A stretch of DNA of 64,000 nucleotides. Origin: a virus. Under the pieces are notes generated by a model. That model was not told where the DNA came from, did no database searches, and was given only the letters and a program-made list of their open reading frames with translations. Every line of letters begins with the position of its first letter. Positions within the stretch are counted from its first letter, which is position 1. The translations under genes were made by a program, and so were the position numbers. This document shows positions 63,053 through 64,000 of this stretch, piece by piece. The stretch is from positions 1-64,000 of the IMG/VR virus record IMGVR_UViG_3300048564_000035. One strand, written 5' to 3'.

Positions 63053-63385
63053 ATGACAGCGAAGGCGGCTCTATGCAAAGCACTATTAGACGGTCGGGTT
63101 CTGAACGTAAAGAACTGTTTTGAGACCATTGGGTTGACAAATTGTGCCAGAGAAATAAGCCGGATGGTAGAGCAGCCATTTGGGGTGGAAGTTTCCAGAA
63201 CACACAAAGAAGGCAAGTCTCGTTATGAACAGCCAGTAGTGTGGGTAGATTACAGATTAAACAGAACTGAATATAACCGGGAGGGAATAAAAAAGATGCA
63301 GGAATATGTGCAGAAGGAAATTGCAACTATCAATGTCCTTACCGATAACCAACATAGACACTTAAAACAACTTTCACTTTTATGA
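63053..63385 (+). CDS. putative DNA-binding protein (110 aa)
   Basis: ALLDGRVLNVKNCFETIGLTNCAREISRMVEQPFGVEVSR is HTH-like. Confidence 0.5.
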   Translation: MTAKAALCKALLDGRVLNVKNCFETIGLTNCAREISRMVEQPFGVEVSRTHKEGKSRYEQPVVWVDYRLNRTEYNREGIKKMQEYVQKEIATINVLTDNQHRHLKQLSLL

Positions 63386-63609
63386 CTTGCGGTAAATGCG
63401 GAGGCCCGGTAATGGGCGATAATCTATTCTGCGAAGATTGTAAAGAAAAATATCAACGGGATTTCCTTGATGATTATGATGAACCTGAATTTATCCCATG
63501 CGATAAATGTGACGGACATCCCGCGTGTGAAGATTACGGATGCGCTTATGAATTGGGATTGGGAAGAATGGTAAGAAAAAACATTGAACCCGGAAACGAT
63601 AACTGGTAA
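63382..63609 (+). CDS. Cys-rich zinc-finger-like protein (75 aa)
   Basis: Cysteine pairs CGKCGG, CEDC and CDKCDG. Confidence 0.55.
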   Translation: MTCGKCGGPVMGDNLFCEDCKEKYQRDFLDDYDEPEFIPCDKCDGHPACEDYGCAYELGLGRMVRKNIEPGNDNW

Positions 63610-63644
63610 CTAATTGAATTAACCAAACAAATAGGATTGTTCCC

Positions 63645-64000
63645 ATGATTGAAGTAAATAGGATATATAACGAAGATAATTTAGTTACAATGGGAAATAT
63701 GCCTGATGAATTTGTTGACTTAACGGTTGCTTCGCCTCCTTACGATGATATAAGGGATTACAAAGGTTATTTTTTTGATTTTCATAAAATGGCAGCAGAA
63801 CTATTCAGAGTAACAAAGGATGGAGGCGTAGTTGTTTGGATTGTTGGCGATCAGGTTGTGGAAGGGAGTGAGAGCGGAACATCATTTCGTCATGCGTTAT
63901 GGTTTATGCAGGAAGGGTTCAGGCTTCATGATACGATGATTTACATGAAGGACAGTATAGCGTTTCCAGAAACCAACCGCTACTCACAGGTGTTTGAATT
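63645..64000 (+). CDS. DNA N4/N6 methyltransferase (beta class), 5' part, truncated by the window end
   Basis: The ORF is open from ATG 63645 to the window end. FVDLTVASPPYDD carries the SPPY catalytic motif IV near the N-terminus. Confidence 0.7.
   Translation, partial: MIEVNRIYNEDNLVTMGNMPDEFVDLTVASPPYDDIRDYKGYFFDFHKMAAELFRVTKDGGVVVWIVGDQVVEGSESGTSFRHALWFMQEGFRLHDTMIYMKDSIAFPETNRYSQVFE

Noticed and set aside
63645-64000. Treating the window as a complete circular genome, joining position 64000 to position 1
   Set aside because: Joining the ends would terminate the methyltransferase ORF about 10 codons later, before any AdoMet-binding motif. The window is therefore a slice of a larger genome.

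Overview
The window reads as a slice of a tailed dsDNA phage of a Bacteroidota host, larger than 64 kb. No integrase, att site or host gene is visible, so I do not call it a prophage.

Evidence for the host phylum:
- Several intergenic regions carry the Bacteroidota promoter pattern: TTTG, a 19-20 nt spacer, then TAnnTTTG.
- Shine-Dalgarno sequences are mostly absent.
- Exported proteins have Bacteroidota-style signal peptides and lipoboxes.

Architecture:
- **Early block, + strand (0.2-7.3 kb):** small genes. It includes a pentapeptide-repeat protein built from 15 near-identical 15-bp units and a duplicated gene module.
- **Accessory island (7.3-12.3 kb):** AT-rich and long-spacered.
  - An opposite-strand two-gene cassette: a Nuc/PLD-like protein with HxT in place of HxK, plus a coiled-coil 4-TM protein.
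  - A ribbon-helix-helix gene and an IS1595-family transposase.
  - An orphan promoter, cloverleaf RNA and terminator unit.
  - An XRE repressor next to an 89-nt palindrome.
- **Small genes, + strand (12.3-14.1 kb).**
- **Late block, - strand (14.2-55.8 kb, about 41 kb):**
  - Lysis and small-membrane-protein cluster.
  - PL7-like depolymerase.
  - Fibre-like proteins with signal-peptide-like N-termini.
  - HNH endonuclease.
  - Capsid, scaffold, portal and large terminase.
  - SLT-like lysin and a 2120-aa protein.
  - A 1258-aa virion protein.
  - A six-enzyme glycosyltransferase/methyltransferase operon.
  - A GroES-like gene and a lipoprotein.
- **Second + block (55.9-64 kb):**
  - ECF-type sigma factor.
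  - GIY-YIG endonuclease.
  - Replication-organiser-like genes.
  - A truncated SPPY DNA methyltransferase.

Best candidates for an undescribed system, in order:
1. The PLD-like + TM cassette (7540-8951).
2. The late-operon glycosylation module (49564-53640).
3. The orphan tRNA-shaped RNA (10649-10828).
4. The hyper-regular pentapeptide protein (2496-3101).

All functional calls come from motif recognition by eye. No database search was run.
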